Source: Candidatus Kaiserbacteria bacterium (GTDB lineage Bacteria; Patescibacteriota; Minisyncoccia; Phycocordibacterales; UBA2100). From it: DNA of 64,000 nt. Positions 27,646-37,101 of this stretch are shown here, in pieces. The stretch spans positions 5,014 to 69,013 of the forward strand of contig JAIOPS010000021.1 in NCBI GenBank assembly GCA_021413775.1, given 5' to 3'. The notes under the pieces were generated by a model. The model worked only from the letters and a program-made list of their open reading frames with translations. It was not told the origin of the DNA and searched no databases. The stretch's first letter is position 1. Every line of letters starts with the position of its first letter. Made by a program: the position numbers and the translations under genes.

Positions 27646-28368
27646 TTACACCGACGGATGATTCTTCTTGAAAAACTCCGCGCGGATTTTCATAACATCC
27701 CTATGGAAGCCGTCATTCTCGCGACGCGGATACGGCAATTGAATCGGGAATTCGGCCTCGATTTTTCCGGCTTTCATCAGAATCACGCGCTCGCCCATCG
27801 AAACCGCCTCTTCGATGACGTGCGAGACAAGCACTATTGTTTTCTTCGTCCGCTTCCAGGCGGCAATTACGTCATCGTGAAGCTCGGCTGTCGTCTCCGG
27901 GTCCAGCGCAGAAAACGGTTCGTCGAGAAGGAGCACCTGCGGGTCAACGGCGAGCGCGCGTGCGATGCCGACGCGCTGTCGCTGACCTCCGGAGAGTTCT
28001 CCGGGATATTTGTGAGAGAGCTCGCGGATGCGCATCGCATCCAGTTCCGCGTTCACGGTCCTTTCCAGCTGCGTCCCGGATTTTCCCGCGGTGCGTAGAC
28101 CGAGGGCGACATTTTCGAATACTGAAAGCCATGGGAAGAGCGCTCCGAATTGAAACGAAACTGACACTTTCTTCGGCCGGTCGACAGTCCCCGTATCGGG
28201 CGATTCCAGACCGGCGATGAGTTTCAACATGGTCGATTTGCCGCAGCCGGACGGACCGATGAGACACGCCATTTCTCCGTCGCGTACCGCGAATGAGACA
28301 TTATCAACAGCCGGCGAGGTTTCCCGTTCGTACGTTTTCGAAACATTTCTGAAAAGTATGAGATTCAT
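27646..28368 (-). CDS. ABC transporter ATP-binding protein (NitT/TauT family)
   Basis: 240 aa; Walker A GPSGCGKST, signature LSGGQRQRVGIARAL, Walker B LLLDEPFSALD. Confidence 0.85.
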   Translation of the reverse strand: MNLILFRNVSKTYERETSPAVDNVSFAVRDGEMACLIGPSGCGKSTMLKLIAGLESPDTGTVDRPKKVSVSFQFGALFPWLSVFENVALGLRTAGKSGTQLERTVNAELDAMRIRELSHKYPGELSGGQRQRVGIARALAVDPQVLLLDEPFSALDPETTAELHDDVIAAWKRTKKTIVLVSHVIEEAVSMGERVILMKAGKIEAEFPIQLPYPRRENDGFHRDVMKIRAEFFKKNHPSV

Positions 28369-28369
28369 A

Positions 28370-29209
28370 TCAGTCGAAGCGGAAGCGTTGCGAATATGTG
28401 ATGAGTCGTTGCCACACGAAGAGATTCAGGACGGCAATCATGAGAACCATGATGACGAGCGCCTCCGCAAAAACCGTGTTGTGTGCGTTGGCCGCCGCGG
28501 AAACGAGAATACTCCCGATACCGAAGAGGTCCTGCGACGGATTGCCGTGCGGAATGTAGGTATGAAGCGCTTCGGCGATGATAATGAGGTTCCAGCCCTG
28601 TGCGACCGCGAGTACCGACCCTATGACAAGTTGCGGAAATACGGCGGGAATGAGCACGCGTCGCACGTATGCAAACCCGCTCAGACCGAAAATGCGGGCC
28701 GCGTTCACGATATCCTGCGGGATTATTTTCAAACCGCCAACAAGCGTAAATACAATATTCCACAGCATGCTCAAGAAAAGAATGGAGACGGCCGCGCCCT
28801 CCATGAAATCCCACCGCACGAACATCACAACGACGACGGGGAAGAATGCGAGAATCGGCACCGATTCCAAAACATCGAATACCGGCAAGAGGATTTTCTC
28901 AAGGAGCCGGTTGTGCGTCGCAAGTATCGCGAGCGGAATTCCTACAACGACGGCGAGAATATACGCGACCGTAATGCGTGCGAGTGTCGCAAACGAGGCC
29001 TCAACAAGAACGTGCCAGGTCGCGACGCCCGACTCCGCGACTTCCGTCTGAAAGAGAGAGACGACAAGATAAATCGCCGCAGCGACGAGAAGGGGCCCGA
29101 TGAGCAATGAGTAGAGCCGTTCGCGTACAGAAACCGGATACGTGAGAAACATGTGATGGGCGCGATGTCGCGGATGCTTCATGATTCCATTGTAACGCGG
29201 CGTAGACAT
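28370..29209 (-). CDS. ABC transporter permease (NitT/TauT family, BPD_transp_1)
   Basis: 279 aa (true start probably one of the internal Met at 29182 or 29152); 6 TM; EAA-like loop; 2 nt before the ATPase gene. Confidence 0.8.
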   Translation of the reverse strand: MSTPRYNGIMKHPRHRAHHMFLTYPVSVRERLYSLLIGPLLVAAAIYLVVSLFQTEVAESGVATWHVLVEASFATLARITVAYILAVVVGIPLAILATHNRLLEKILLPVFDVLESVPILAFFPVVVVMFVRWDFMEGAAVSILFLSMLWNIVFTLVGGLKIIPQDIVNAARIFGLSGFAYVRRVLIPAVFPQLVIGSVLAVAQGWNLIIIAEALHTYIPHGNPSQDLFGIGSILVSAAANAHNTVFAEALVIMVLMIAVLNLFVWQRLITYSQRFRFD

Positions 29210-29328
29210 TCTCCCGGCACGATGCTACAACTCCCGAAGCTTCGTGCCGTTCAGGGAGAACGCCGACTATGATTATGCTCTTCAGCCGTCTTCCGCACTG
29301 CTCACTGCGCGCAAAAATCGGCCTGGCG

Positions 29329-29781
29329 ATGACGCAGGTCGCTCGCTCACCCGAAGCGGGCAGCGAGTTCGATACACTGACTCAGCACCTCCGGCATCTG
29401 CCTGATGACGAATTGCTTTCGATGCTCACCGGCATCGGCTACGACTGCGTAATCGCGCTCGAACACGGTCGCATCATCGGGTACCTCGCCCACCAGCGCC
29501 GCGAACGCGAAACGCACTGCTTCTCACTCTGTTCGATGCAGGGGTTCGGCGGCCGGGGTCTCGCGACCCGCATGACCGAGTTCTGGCTCAGGTGCGCCAA
29601 GTACCGGAATGTCGAGCGTGCCCGCCTGTGGGCCGGCGACCGCCTGGGCAATCTTCGCGATGCGGAACAGATGCGCCGCATCTACCGGCGCATGGTGGAG
29701 AACCGCGGGAACCTTTCGTTCCCCGTCGTCGAACACGCGTGCGGTGAACCCGGATGGATTCACCTGGCACACGCCGCATAA
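29329..29781 (+). CDS. hypothetical protein, possible GNAT-fold acetyltransferase
   Basis: ORF 29269..29781; start MTQVARS at 29329. Weak GNAT motif-A-like QGFGGRGLATRM; low confidence. Confidence 0.3.
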   Translation: MTQVARSPEAGSEFDTLTQHLRHLPDDELLSMLTGIGYDCVIALEHGRIIGYLAHQRRERETHCFSLCSMQGFGGRGLATRMTEFWLRCAKYRNVERARLWAGDRLGNLRDAEQMRRIYRRMVENRGNLSFPVVEHACGEPGWIHLAHAA

Positions 29782-29875
29782 ACGAGACTCCTTTAAAAAC
29801 AGAAGGGCCGCCCGCTTGGCGGCCCTTTCGATGTATCTGCGCACGTACGCAGACTTTCGCTGATATAATTCTCCG

Positions 29876-31525
29876 ATGACATTGCGCGAACGACTTGCAC
29901 ACGTCGTCAAAGGTGACTGTGCGGATGACACCGCGAGTCTGCAAAAGTACAGCCGCGACACAAGTATTTTTTCGCGCACTCCCGCGGTCGTCGTATTTCC
30001 GAAAGACGCCGATGATGTTGCGGCGGTCGTACGCTTCGCGCGCGCGGCGAAACAGCGCGACGAAAACGTTTCCGTCGCCGCGCGCTCCGCAGGAACTGAT
30101 ATGACGGGCGGTCCGCTGACTGATTCCATATCACTCGTGTTCACACGCTATATGAACGCCATTATCGGCGTAACAGGCGAGACGGTGACTGCGCAGCCGG
30201 GCGTGTATTACCGCGACCTCGAGAAGGAAACTCTTAAAAAAGCCGGAAAAATTATCCCCTCCTACCCTGCATCACGCGAACTCTGCGCATTCGGAGGCAT
30301 GGTATCCAATAATTCCGGCGGCGAACTCACCCTCAGATACGGGAAAACAAATAAATATGTCCGCTCAATGAACGTCGTGCTTTCGGACGGTTCGCGCGCG
30401 ATACTCAAACGGCTGTCGCCTGCTGAACTCGCTGCAAAAAAGTCACTGCAAGATCTGGAGGGCTCCATATACCGCGACCTTCACGCCCTTCTTGACTCTC
30501 ATGCGGATGAAATAGAAGCGGCACGACCGAACGTTACGAAGAATTCCGCCGGATATCCGCTTTGGAATATTATCGACCGTGCAACGGGAACATTCGACCT
30601 CACGCAGCTGATCGTAGCTGCACAGGGTACTCTGGCAATCACTACCGAGGCAACTGTCGGGCTTGAGAAACTGAAGTCTCACCGCGCGATGCTCGTCGTG
30701 TTCCTTTCCGATGTATCCATTCTTCCCGACATCGTGCAGCGGGTGATGAAATTCGACCCTGAATCGTTTGAATCCTACGACGACCAGACCTTCAAACTTG
30801 CGGTGCGCTTTGCTCCGCAAATCATCCGACACTTCGGCATCATCAGAATGATAAAGCTCGGCTTCGCATTTATTCCCGAAACATATCTGGTTTTCACGGG
30901 CGGCGTACCGAAACTCGTTCTCATGGCCGAGTTTGCGGAAGACAGCGCGGAAGAAGCCATGGAGAAAGCGACACAGGCCCGCGCGGCGCTTACCGGATTA
31001 CACGTCAAAACGAAGATTGCCCGCTCGGAAACTCAATCCGCGAAGTACTGGACGATACGCCGGGAAAGCTTCGCTCTCCTCAGAAAAAATCTGAAGGGCC
31101 TCTATGCCGCGCCGTTCATTGACGACCTCGTGGTACATCCGGCGGATTATCCGAAATTTCTTCCCGAGCTCGATGCGCTTCTCGCCGGCCACAAATTCAT
31201 TTATACGATTGCGGGACACATCGGAGACGGAAACTTCCACATTATCCCGCTTGAAAACATGGGAGACCCGTCCGCGCGCGAAGAGATACTCGATTTAATG
31301 CCGAAAGTCTACAGGCTTGTCGCAAAATATAAAGGCTCTATTACGGGCGAGCACAACGACGGTATTATCCGCACGCCGTATCTCCCGATTATGTACGGAG
31401 AGAACATATGTGCGCTGTTCGCGGAGGTGAAGAAAATCTTCGACCCGCTCAATATATTGAACCCCGGCAAAAAAACCGGCGGCACCGTTGATGACATCAG
31501 AGCCAGCATGATTACGCATGTCTAA
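29876..31525 (+). CDS. FAD-linked oxidase (PCMH-type FAD-binding domain; GlcD/D-lactate dehydrogenase family)
   Basis: 549 aa; N-terminal FAD_binding_4-like region (VVVFPKDADDVAAVVRFA, FGGMVSNNSGG); C-terminal FAD-oxidase_C-like region. Confidence 0.8.
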   Translation: MTLRERLAHVVKGDCADDTASLQKYSRDTSIFSRTPAVVVFPKDADDVAAVVRFARAAKQRDENVSVAARSAGTDMTGGPLTDSISLVFTRYMNAIIGVTGETVTAQPGVYYRDLEKETLKKAGKIIPSYPASRELCAFGGMVSNNSGGELTLRYGKTNKYVRSMNVVLSDGSRAILKRLSPAELAAKKSLQDLEGSIYRDLHALLDSHADEIEAARPNVTKNSAGYPLWNIIDRATGTFDLTQLIVAAQGTLAITTEATVGLEKLKSHRAMLVVFLSDVSILPDIVQRVMKFDPESFESYDDQTFKLAVRFAPQIIRHFGIIRMIKLGFAFIPETYLVFTGGVPKLVLMAEFAEDSAEEAMEKATQARAALTGLHVKTKIARSETQSAKYWTIRRESFALLRKNLKGLYAAPFIDDLVVHPADYPKFLPELDALLAGHKFIYTIAGHIGDGNFHIIPLENMGDPSAREEILDLMPKVYRLVAKYKGSITGEHNDGIIRTPYLPIMYGENICALFAEVKKIFDPLNILNPGKKTGGTVDDIRASMITHV

Positions 31526-32555
31526 TCTACGAACATACCTTCTCGCTGCAGCCGCCTTCCTTGCTCCCGGCGTCGCTTTCGCGCACGAAGTATACGTGCT
31601 CTCCCCTGAAACCGTGAGGGCGGCTCTCGCTGCGGACTCACCGAATCCGTTCACCGCGTACATCGGCAACGAGTATCACTTTTTTTTCTGGGGCCTTATT
31701 TCGTTCATCACTATGTCGACAATTCTTGCCGCATCAGCTTTCCATCTGCTTGAGCGGCGTATCGGACCTTTTCTCGCTCGACTGAAACGTTTTGCGCACC
31801 CTGTCGCACGGGTTACGGTCGGAATATGTCTCATCGGTTTCGGGACTTCCGCCGATTTGTTCGGCACCGAACTTCCTTTTGGCGACATTTTCGGACCGCT
31901 TACATCAGTCATGCAGTACATATTCGTGATGGCGGGTGCCGCAGTTGTGCTCGGTTTTTACACGCGTTACATCGCTCTGATACTCATTGCGATATACGGA
32001 TACGCAGTCTGCCTGTTCGGCTCATACATGTTTACCTATACCGACCATCTCGGTGCATACTTTTTTCTTTTTGCACTCGGCAGCGGTACCTGGTCAATCG
32101 ATCACCGAGCACGCTCAGGGAACCTTCCGCGTCTTTTTAATTCGTTCGCCCGAAGCATACAACCGTATGCGTTCGTCATACTACGGCTCGGCTTCGGCTT
32201 CGGCGTGATGTTTGCTGCGGTGTACGCGAAGTTCATTCACAGCGAACTTGCTCTGCAGACTGTGCTCCAGCATAACCTCACCGACTTTTTCCCTTTCGAG
32301 CCTCTGTTTATCGTACTAGGAGCACTCATCATCGAATTCCTCGCCGGACTGATGATATTCACCGGTATTGCGATTCGCTGGACAGGACTGTTCCTTATCT
32401 TCTGGCTGACGCTCTCGCAGATATATTTCGGGGAGCTCTGGTGGGTTCATGCCGTTCTTTTCGGTATCGGTTTTGCAATCTTCTGTCACGGCTATGACCG
32501 GTTCTCGGTTGAAGGACACGTACTTAAGCGCGGCAGGCGCGAACCGGTTTTGTAG
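31518..32555 (+). CDS. integral membrane protein (DoxX-like, possibly duplicated)
   Basis: 345 aa; signal-like N-terminus then ~8 hydrophobic segments; no catalytic motif recognised. Confidence 0.35.
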   Translation: MSNLRTYLLAAAAFLAPGVAFAHEVYVLSPETVRAALAADSPNPFTAYIGNEYHFFFWGLISFITMSTILAASAFHLLERRIGPFLARLKRFAHPVARVTVGICLIGFGTSADLFGTELPFGDIFGPLTSVMQYIFVMAGAAVVLGFYTRYIALILIAIYGYAVCLFGSYMFTYTDHLGAYFFLFALGSGTWSIDHRARSGNLPRLFNSFARSIQPYAFVILRLGFGFGVMFAAVYAKFIHSELALQTVLQHNLTDFFPFEPLFIVLGALIIEFLAGLMIFTGIAIRWTGLFLIFWLTLSQIYFGELWWVHAVLFGIGFAIFCHGYDRFSVEGHVLKRGRREPVL

Positions 32556-32591
32556 GTTTTCATTGTCTCCGAATGCGGGTACAATCGCAGC

Positions 32592-33083
32592 ATGCCCGAT
32601 ACACAGCAGCATGACATCGACCGCGCCTTTCTCTTACAGGTAGTTCAGCCGGCACTCGTCGGGCTGATTGACGGTTCCGTGTCGACGCTTGCACCCTTGT
32701 TCGCTGCGGCGTTCGCGAGCGGAAACCCCCATGTCGCCTTCCTCGTAGGAACAGCAGCAGCTATCGGCGCAGGTATTTCAATGGCTTTTGCGGAGGCGCT
32801 CTCGGACACCGGAGAACACACGGGACGGGGGCACCCGTTCGTTCGCGGCTCTATCGTCGGATGCGCAACTTTCTTCGGCGGTATCTTCCATACGCTGCCC
32901 TTTCTTCTTTCGTCCCTCAGCGCAGCGCTCTACTTTGCGTACATCATTGTGGCCATTGAACTGCTCGCCATCGGCTACATACGGTTCCGCTACTTCAAGC
33001 TCGGTTTCTGGTGGTCCGTAGCGCAGGTCATTTTCGGCGGCGCACTTGTGCTCGCAGCCGGCATCCTCATCGGCGCCGCCTAG
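32592..33083 (+). CDS. VIT1/CCC1-like (DUF125) membrane protein
   Basis: 163 aa; DGSVSTLAPLFAAAFA motif reminiscent of the VIT family; C-terminal TM pair. Confidence 0.45.
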   Translation: MPDTQQHDIDRAFLLQVVQPALVGLIDGSVSTLAPLFAAAFASGNPHVAFLVGTAAAIGAGISMAFAEALSDTGEHTGRGHPFVRGSIVGCATFFGGIFHTLPFLLSSLSAALYFAYIIVAIELLAIGYIRFRYFKLGFWWSVAQVIFGGALVLAAGILIGAA

Positions 33084-33548
33084 TTACTTCCGGATTTTCG
33101 AGCGGCAGTTCTTCGAACCGCACCGGCAACCGACCGGTCTGATGAATTCGTTGAAGTATTCGTCCCCGTAGTCAATGGTGAGCTCTTCACCCGCGGCAAT
33201 ACTCCGCGCCGCATATATCATAATGTGACCTTCCTTGTCTGCGCCTTTTTCAATCTCCGCCTCCGTATTCGGATCGCATGAATGATTGATGTACCGCGCG
33301 GGATTTGATGTCGCTTCCCCGTCGACTGTCCACGTATCATCGATTTCAAAGAGGTATCTGCCCTTGTGCTCGTCCGCCTCCTTTGTGGGAATCCGTATTC
33401 CCGAATACTCCACGACGAAATCGCCCTTTTTATAATTGCGCAGAGCAAAAAGACCCATGCCGACACCTTCCTGCATCGAGGTCTTCACTTCAAAATCATC
33501 GTGCGCCATAGATTCGTGAGTATACTGCGCGGATTCCCGATTTCCCAC
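33084..33548 (-). CDS. SET-domain protein (putative protein lysine methyltransferase)
   Basis: 154 aa (or 140 aa from Met at 33506); canonical SET motifs RYINHSCDPN and ELTIDYG, plus Cys-rich post-SET CRCGSKNCR. Confidence 0.7.
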   Translation of the reverse strand: MGNRESAQYTHESMAHDDFEVKTSMQEGVGMGLFALRNYKKGDFVVEYSGIRIPTKEADEHKGRYLFEIDDTWTVDGEATSNPARYINHSCDPNTEAEIEKGADKEGHIMIYAARSIAAGEELTIDYGDEYFNEFIRPVGCRCGSKNCRSKIRK

Positions 33549-33599
33549 CTCGCCCGCGGCGCGACTGGATTATCTTCCTGGGTGTTGCATAATGGCGCC

Positions 33600-34862
33600 A
33601 TGTCGAAGCGCGAAAAAATCTCCACCGAAAGCTATAAGGGTGTACGCGACTTCTATCCTGAAGACCAGTTTTTGCAGCGCTACATGTTCGAACACATGGA
33701 ACGCGTCTGTGAACTCTACGGCTACGAAGAATACAGCGCATCCGTACTGGAGCCCGCCGAACTGTACCGCTCGAAGAGTTCTCAGGAAATCGTCAACGAA
33801 CAGACATATACGTTTACGGACCGGGGCGACCGTGAAGTCACTCTCCGCCCGGAAATGACACCGACGTTTGCCCGCATGATGGCCGCCCGCGCACGTGACA
33901 TGGCACTCCCTGCCCGATGGTATTCGATACCGAACCTCTTCCGGTACGAGCGTCCGCAAAAAGGGCGCTTGCGTGAACACTGGCAGCTGAATGCGGACAT
34001 CGTCGGCGCTTCAGGCGTTGAGGCCGATGCCGAGATTATATCGCTGGCTCATGCAATCATGCGCTCTCTCGGCGCAGAAGAGCGTGATTTTGAAATCCGT
34101 GTCTCCGACAGGCGCATTCTCGACGCCGTTTACAATTCCGTCGGCATCGCGAAAGAGTACGCGGCTGATGTCACCAGACTGCTCGATCGGCGCGCGAAAA
34201 TAGACGACTTTGAGGCCCAACTCACGGAGATGATTGCGCACGAAGAGAAGGCGGTAAAACTCATCGAGGAGCTCGAGCACATCACTTCGACGGCATACCT
34301 TGAAGAGCTTCGCGTCATGCTTGAACAGCTCGGCGTACGCAACATGATTGTCGACACATCAATCACGCGCGGGTTTGATTACTACACCGGCATGATATTT
34401 GAAGTTTTCGATACATCTCCGGATAACCGCCGCTCACTCTTCGGCGGAGGACGGTACGACAACCTGCTCTCCATGTTCGGCGGCGATAAGATTCCCGCCG
34501 TCGGATTCGGCATGGGCGACGTGACGGCGCGTGACTTTCTGGAGACCCACAATCTTCTGCCTGAGTATGCGCCCGCAACAGAGCTCATGCTCTGCATTGT
34601 GGAAGACGACGCAACATCTCACGCGATGCGCCTCGCACAGGACCTGCGCCGCGAGGATGTGACGGTCGCGGTAAACTTTTCCGGCAAACGCATTGGCGAC
34701 CAGATTCGTCAGGCTGACAAGATGAAAATACCGTTCGTCATCGCCATAGGTGCGAAAGAACGCGACAGCGGACGTTACACGATTAAGAATCTCTCGACCG
34801 GCGCGGAAATGACGCTCCCGGCGGACCGCATTGCGGAGCATTTGTTCTCCTCGCTCGGTTAA
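33600..34862 (+). CDS. hisS: histidyl-tRNA synthetase
   Basis: ORF 33366..34862; start at MSKREK (33600). Class II motifs (RPEMTPTFARMMA, FRYERPQKGRLREHWQ, RGFDYYTG) and C-terminal anticodon-binding domain. Confidence 0.9.
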   Translation: MSKREKISTESYKGVRDFYPEDQFLQRYMFEHMERVCELYGYEEYSASVLEPAELYRSKSSQEIVNEQTYTFTDRGDREVTLRPEMTPTFARMMAARARDMALPARWYSIPNLFRYERPQKGRLREHWQLNADIVGASGVEADAEIISLAHAIMRSLGAEERDFEIRVSDRRILDAVYNSVGIAKEYAADVTRLLDRRAKIDDFEAQLTEMIAHEEKAVKLIEELEHITSTAYLEELRVMLEQLGVRNMIVDTSITRGFDYYTGMIFEVFDTSPDNRRSLFGGGRYDNLLSMFGGDKIPAVGFGMGDVTARDFLETHNLLPEYAPATELMLCIVEDDATSHAMRLAQDLRREDVTVAVNFSGKRIGDQIRQADKMKIPFVIAIGAKERDSGRYTIKNLSTGAEMTLPADRIAEHLFSSLG

Positions 34863-34888
34863 AAATCGAGCATGATATACTCGCTCCG

Positions 34889-35464
34889 ATGCGGGTCGTT
34901 ACATTTGATATTGAAACGGCGAATTGGTTGGCGGATACGGGGTCAAGCGATGTCACTGCACTCTCTATTGCCATCGTCTGCATTCACGATTCCGAGACGG
35001 ACACATACTCAAGCTATCTGGAGTCCGAATTGCCGCAACTCTGGCCGATACTTGAACGCACAGACGTACTCGTGGGGTACAACTCGGACCACTTCGATGT
35101 TCCGCTCCTGAATAAGTACTATCCCGGCGACCTTACGCGCATCAAGAGCCTCGATTTGCTCAAAGAGGTGCACGCTTCACTCGGGAGGAGGTTGCGGCTC
35201 GATGCCATTGCAGAGGGTACGCTCGGCGTAAAGAAAAGCGGTTCCGGTTCCCAATCACTTCAGTGGTGGCGGGCGGGAGAGATAGATAAAGTCCGGCAAT
35301 ACTGCCTGAAAGATGTCGAGATAACGAGAAAAATATTCGACTACGCACTGGAAAAAGGCGGCATCAAATACAAAGAACTCGGCAAAACACGGGAAGTAAA
35401 ACTCGACACTTCGAAATGGCTTCTTCCGGAAAGTAATTCGATGACTTTCTCACTCGGATTCTGA
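34889..35464 (+). CDS. DEDD-type 3'-5' exonuclease (RNase_H-like, PolB-exo/YprB-like)
   Basis: 191 aa; Exo I FDIET; Exo II YNSDHFDVPLL; Exo III YCLKDVEIT. Confidence 0.55.
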   Translation: MRVVTFDIETANWLADTGSSDVTALSIAIVCIHDSETDTYSSYLESELPQLWPILERTDVLVGYNSDHFDVPLLNKYYPGDLTRIKSLDLLKEVHASLGRRLRLDAIAEGTLGVKKSGSGSQSLQWWRAGEIDKVRQYCLKDVEITRKIFDYALEKGGIKYKELGKTREVKLDTSKWLLPESNSMTFSLGF

Positions 35465-35556
35465 TTCCGGCGATACTTGACCGCCGCACCGACCGCAGGC
35501 TAGGCTTCTGAGCAGGCGGTAATTACCGCATCAACACGCACCTTTTCGGGGGGAAT

Positions 35557-36141
35557 ATGTCCGCTTTGAACGGAAGCGCGACCGCTTCGGGCGGCGCGAA
35601 AGTTTCGAATGCACGAAAGCTTGGCTACCTAATCCCGAACACGATTACCGCCGGACGTCTCGTCTGTGCGGCAGGTCTGTTCGTCTATTCCGACGCAGCA
35701 ACGGCGTTCTATCTGGCCCTCACGGGCGCCGTGAGTGACTATGTCGACGGCTTCATCGCGAAAACCTGGAACCTCGGGACCGCATTCGGAAAGCGTTTCG
35801 ACCAGTGGACGGACCTCGCCCTCGGCATCGCGATCATGTATGCGATTTTGCACCGCGAGGACTTCACGGCGAATAACTTCCCGCTGACCCTCCTCATCGG
35901 CGGTTACCTGGGTGCGCGCACACTGATGCCCACGGTCGACACCAACGGCTATGCGCGGACGAAAACCGGCATGCAGTTCGGCGGCGGCGTCGCCATCTTG
36001 GGCAGCTATGCCTTCACTTGGGCGGCCGAATGGCATGTCTGGCACGTCGCGTACGCAGTCGTGTGGGTATCCATCATATGGATGTGGTGGTCGCTCCGCG
36101 ACTACCTACGGATGGCGTGGTGGCTGCGCAGCGGACCTTGA
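35557..36141 (+). CDS. CDP-alcohol phosphatidyltransferase (PgsA-like)
   Basis: 194 aa; exact family motif D-G-x2-A-K-x8-G-x3-D-x3-D (DYVDGFIAKTWNLGTAFGKRFDQWTD); multi-TM. Confidence 0.7.
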   Translation: MSALNGSATASGGAKVSNARKLGYLIPNTITAGRLVCAAGLFVYSDAATAFYLALTGAVSDYVDGFIAKTWNLGTAFGKRFDQWTDLALGIAIMYAILHREDFTANNFPLTLLIGGYLGARTLMPTVDTNGYARTKTGMQFGGGVAILGSYAFTWAAEWHVWHVAYAVVWVSIIWMWWSLRDYLRMAWWLRSGP

Positions 36142-36187
36142 GTTTTACGGCCTCGCATCGGTAACGATGCGGGGTCGCTACATTTTG

Positions 36188-36260
36188 TGCCCAGAGTCAG
36201 ATTTGCACTGACGACCCTTCCCTCTTCAGGGGAATGCTCTACTAACTGAGCTATCTGGGC
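36188..36260 (-). tRNA. tRNA-Phe (anticodon GAA), atypical T-loop
   Basis: Reverse complement GCCCAGATAGCTCAGTTAGTAGAGCATTCCCCTGAAGAGGGAAGGGTCGTCAGTGCAAATCTGACTCTGGGCA folds as a cloverleaf (7-bp acceptor, 5-bp anticodon stem TTCCC/GGGAA, loop CTGAAGA). T-loop reads TGCAAAT (G at 55), which is unusual. No encoded CCA. Confidence 0.65.
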
Positions 36261-36380
36261 GAACGGAACCAAACGCGAACGCGGATACTATATCATTTAT
36301 TGTGGCTAGCGAGGAGTGGGATGGAGGCTTGCTTGCATTTCGTCCGAGCGACGACACGAAAAGGCTTTCAGCCGAAAGCC

Positions 36381-36689
36381 TTATTGCGCCGTCGTTGTAG
36401 ACGACGTCGCGCCGGTGAATCGCTCCTTAAATTCCTGGAGCATGCGCGCCCATTCTCCGAATTGACCTTCCAGCTCGACCTTTTTTCCGGTCACCGCCGT
36501 AAGCGTCGCATCCATTTGTTTGATGACCGGATAGAGGTAACTGAAATAGAGCCAAATCGGGATTCCGAGCGCGAGAAGATACAGTGCGACTTTAAAAATA
36601 CCTCCCCAAAAAGCGTTTCTCCGCATCGCGCGCAGCATTTTATTGTTTTCACGCTCGAGTCGGTAGAGTTCCTGCAGGTCCGGGTCCAT
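36381..36689 (-). CDS. hypothetical small membrane protein
   Basis: 102 aa with central TM helix pair, between two same-strand tRNAs; the overlapping plus-strand 221-aa ORF is Arg-rich and looks spurious. Confidence 0.35.
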   Translation of the reverse strand: MDPDLQELYRLERENNKMLRAMRRNAFWGGIFKVALYLLALGIPIWLYFSYLYPVIKQMDATLTAVTGKKVELEGQFGEWARMLQEFKERFTGATSSTTTAQ

Positions 36690-36904
36690 AGGGCCATCGT
36701 ACCATCAAGCAACATCATCCTCATGCACTTTTCCTCTGTGCCCCCGGCAGGAATCTCCCTCACCTCTCGCTTTGCCGTCGCAAAGCTCGGATTGGGCACC
36801 GCCTCGCGGTTTCGCCCACTGGCGAAACATCGCTCCGGCGTTCGATTCCTGACGAAGAGCGCCGCGCGCTCTTCTCCGGGAGCACCGTTCACTATGTTCA
36901 CTAA

Positions 36905-36976
36905 TGCCCCCGGCAGGAATCGAACCCACATCTCTCCCTTAGGACGGGATTGCTCTATCCATTGAGCTACGGGGGC
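36905..36976 (-). tRNA. tRNA-Arg (anticodon CCU)
   Basis: Reverse complement GCCCCCGTAGCTCAATGGATAGAGCAATCCCGTCCTAAGGGAGAGATGTGGGTTCGATTCCTGCCGGGGGCA. 7-bp acceptor, D-arm GCTC/GAGC, anticodon loop GTCCTAA (CCT), T-loop TTCGATT with a GU-containing T-stem. No encoded CCA. Confidence 0.7.
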
Positions 36977-37055
36977 AAGCGACGAACACGGTAAGACTAT
37001 CTCATATCCGCATTTTCTCCGAGCGCTCTCCGCGGTTCACATGCGCCCCGAAGCG

Positions 37056-37088
37056 CGAAAAGACGCATTTACATGCGTCTTTTCGTAG
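37056..37088 (-). terminator. hairpin terminator downstream of glutaredoxin-like gene
   Basis: 10-bp stem AAAGACGCAT/ATGCGTCTTT with 4-nt loop, 14 nt after the gene's stop; short U-stretch on the minus-strand transcript. Confidence 0.4.
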
Positions 37089-37101
37089 AGGTTGCGTGCG
37101 C

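Noticed and set aside
29524-30144. 206-aa minus-strand ORF overlapping GNAT-like ORF and FAD-oxidase start
   Set aside because: No protein-like motifs, overlaps two better-supported plus-strand genes.
33507-33599. Possible T-box or riboswitch leader upstream of hisS
   Set aside because: Intergenic space to the divergent SET gene is under 100 nt, too short for a T-box leader; no specifier/T-box motif seen.
36142-36187. Short hairpin CGCATCG-gtaa-CGATGCG after pgsA-like gene
   Set aside because: Only 7 bp and weak T-stretch; too marginal to annotate as a terminator.
36300-36965. 221-aa plus-strand ORF spanning the tRNA-Phe/tRNA-Arg interval
   Set aside because: Arg-rich, overlaps a minus-strand tRNA gene; the 102-aa minus-strand membrane ORF is more plausible, though itself low confidence.
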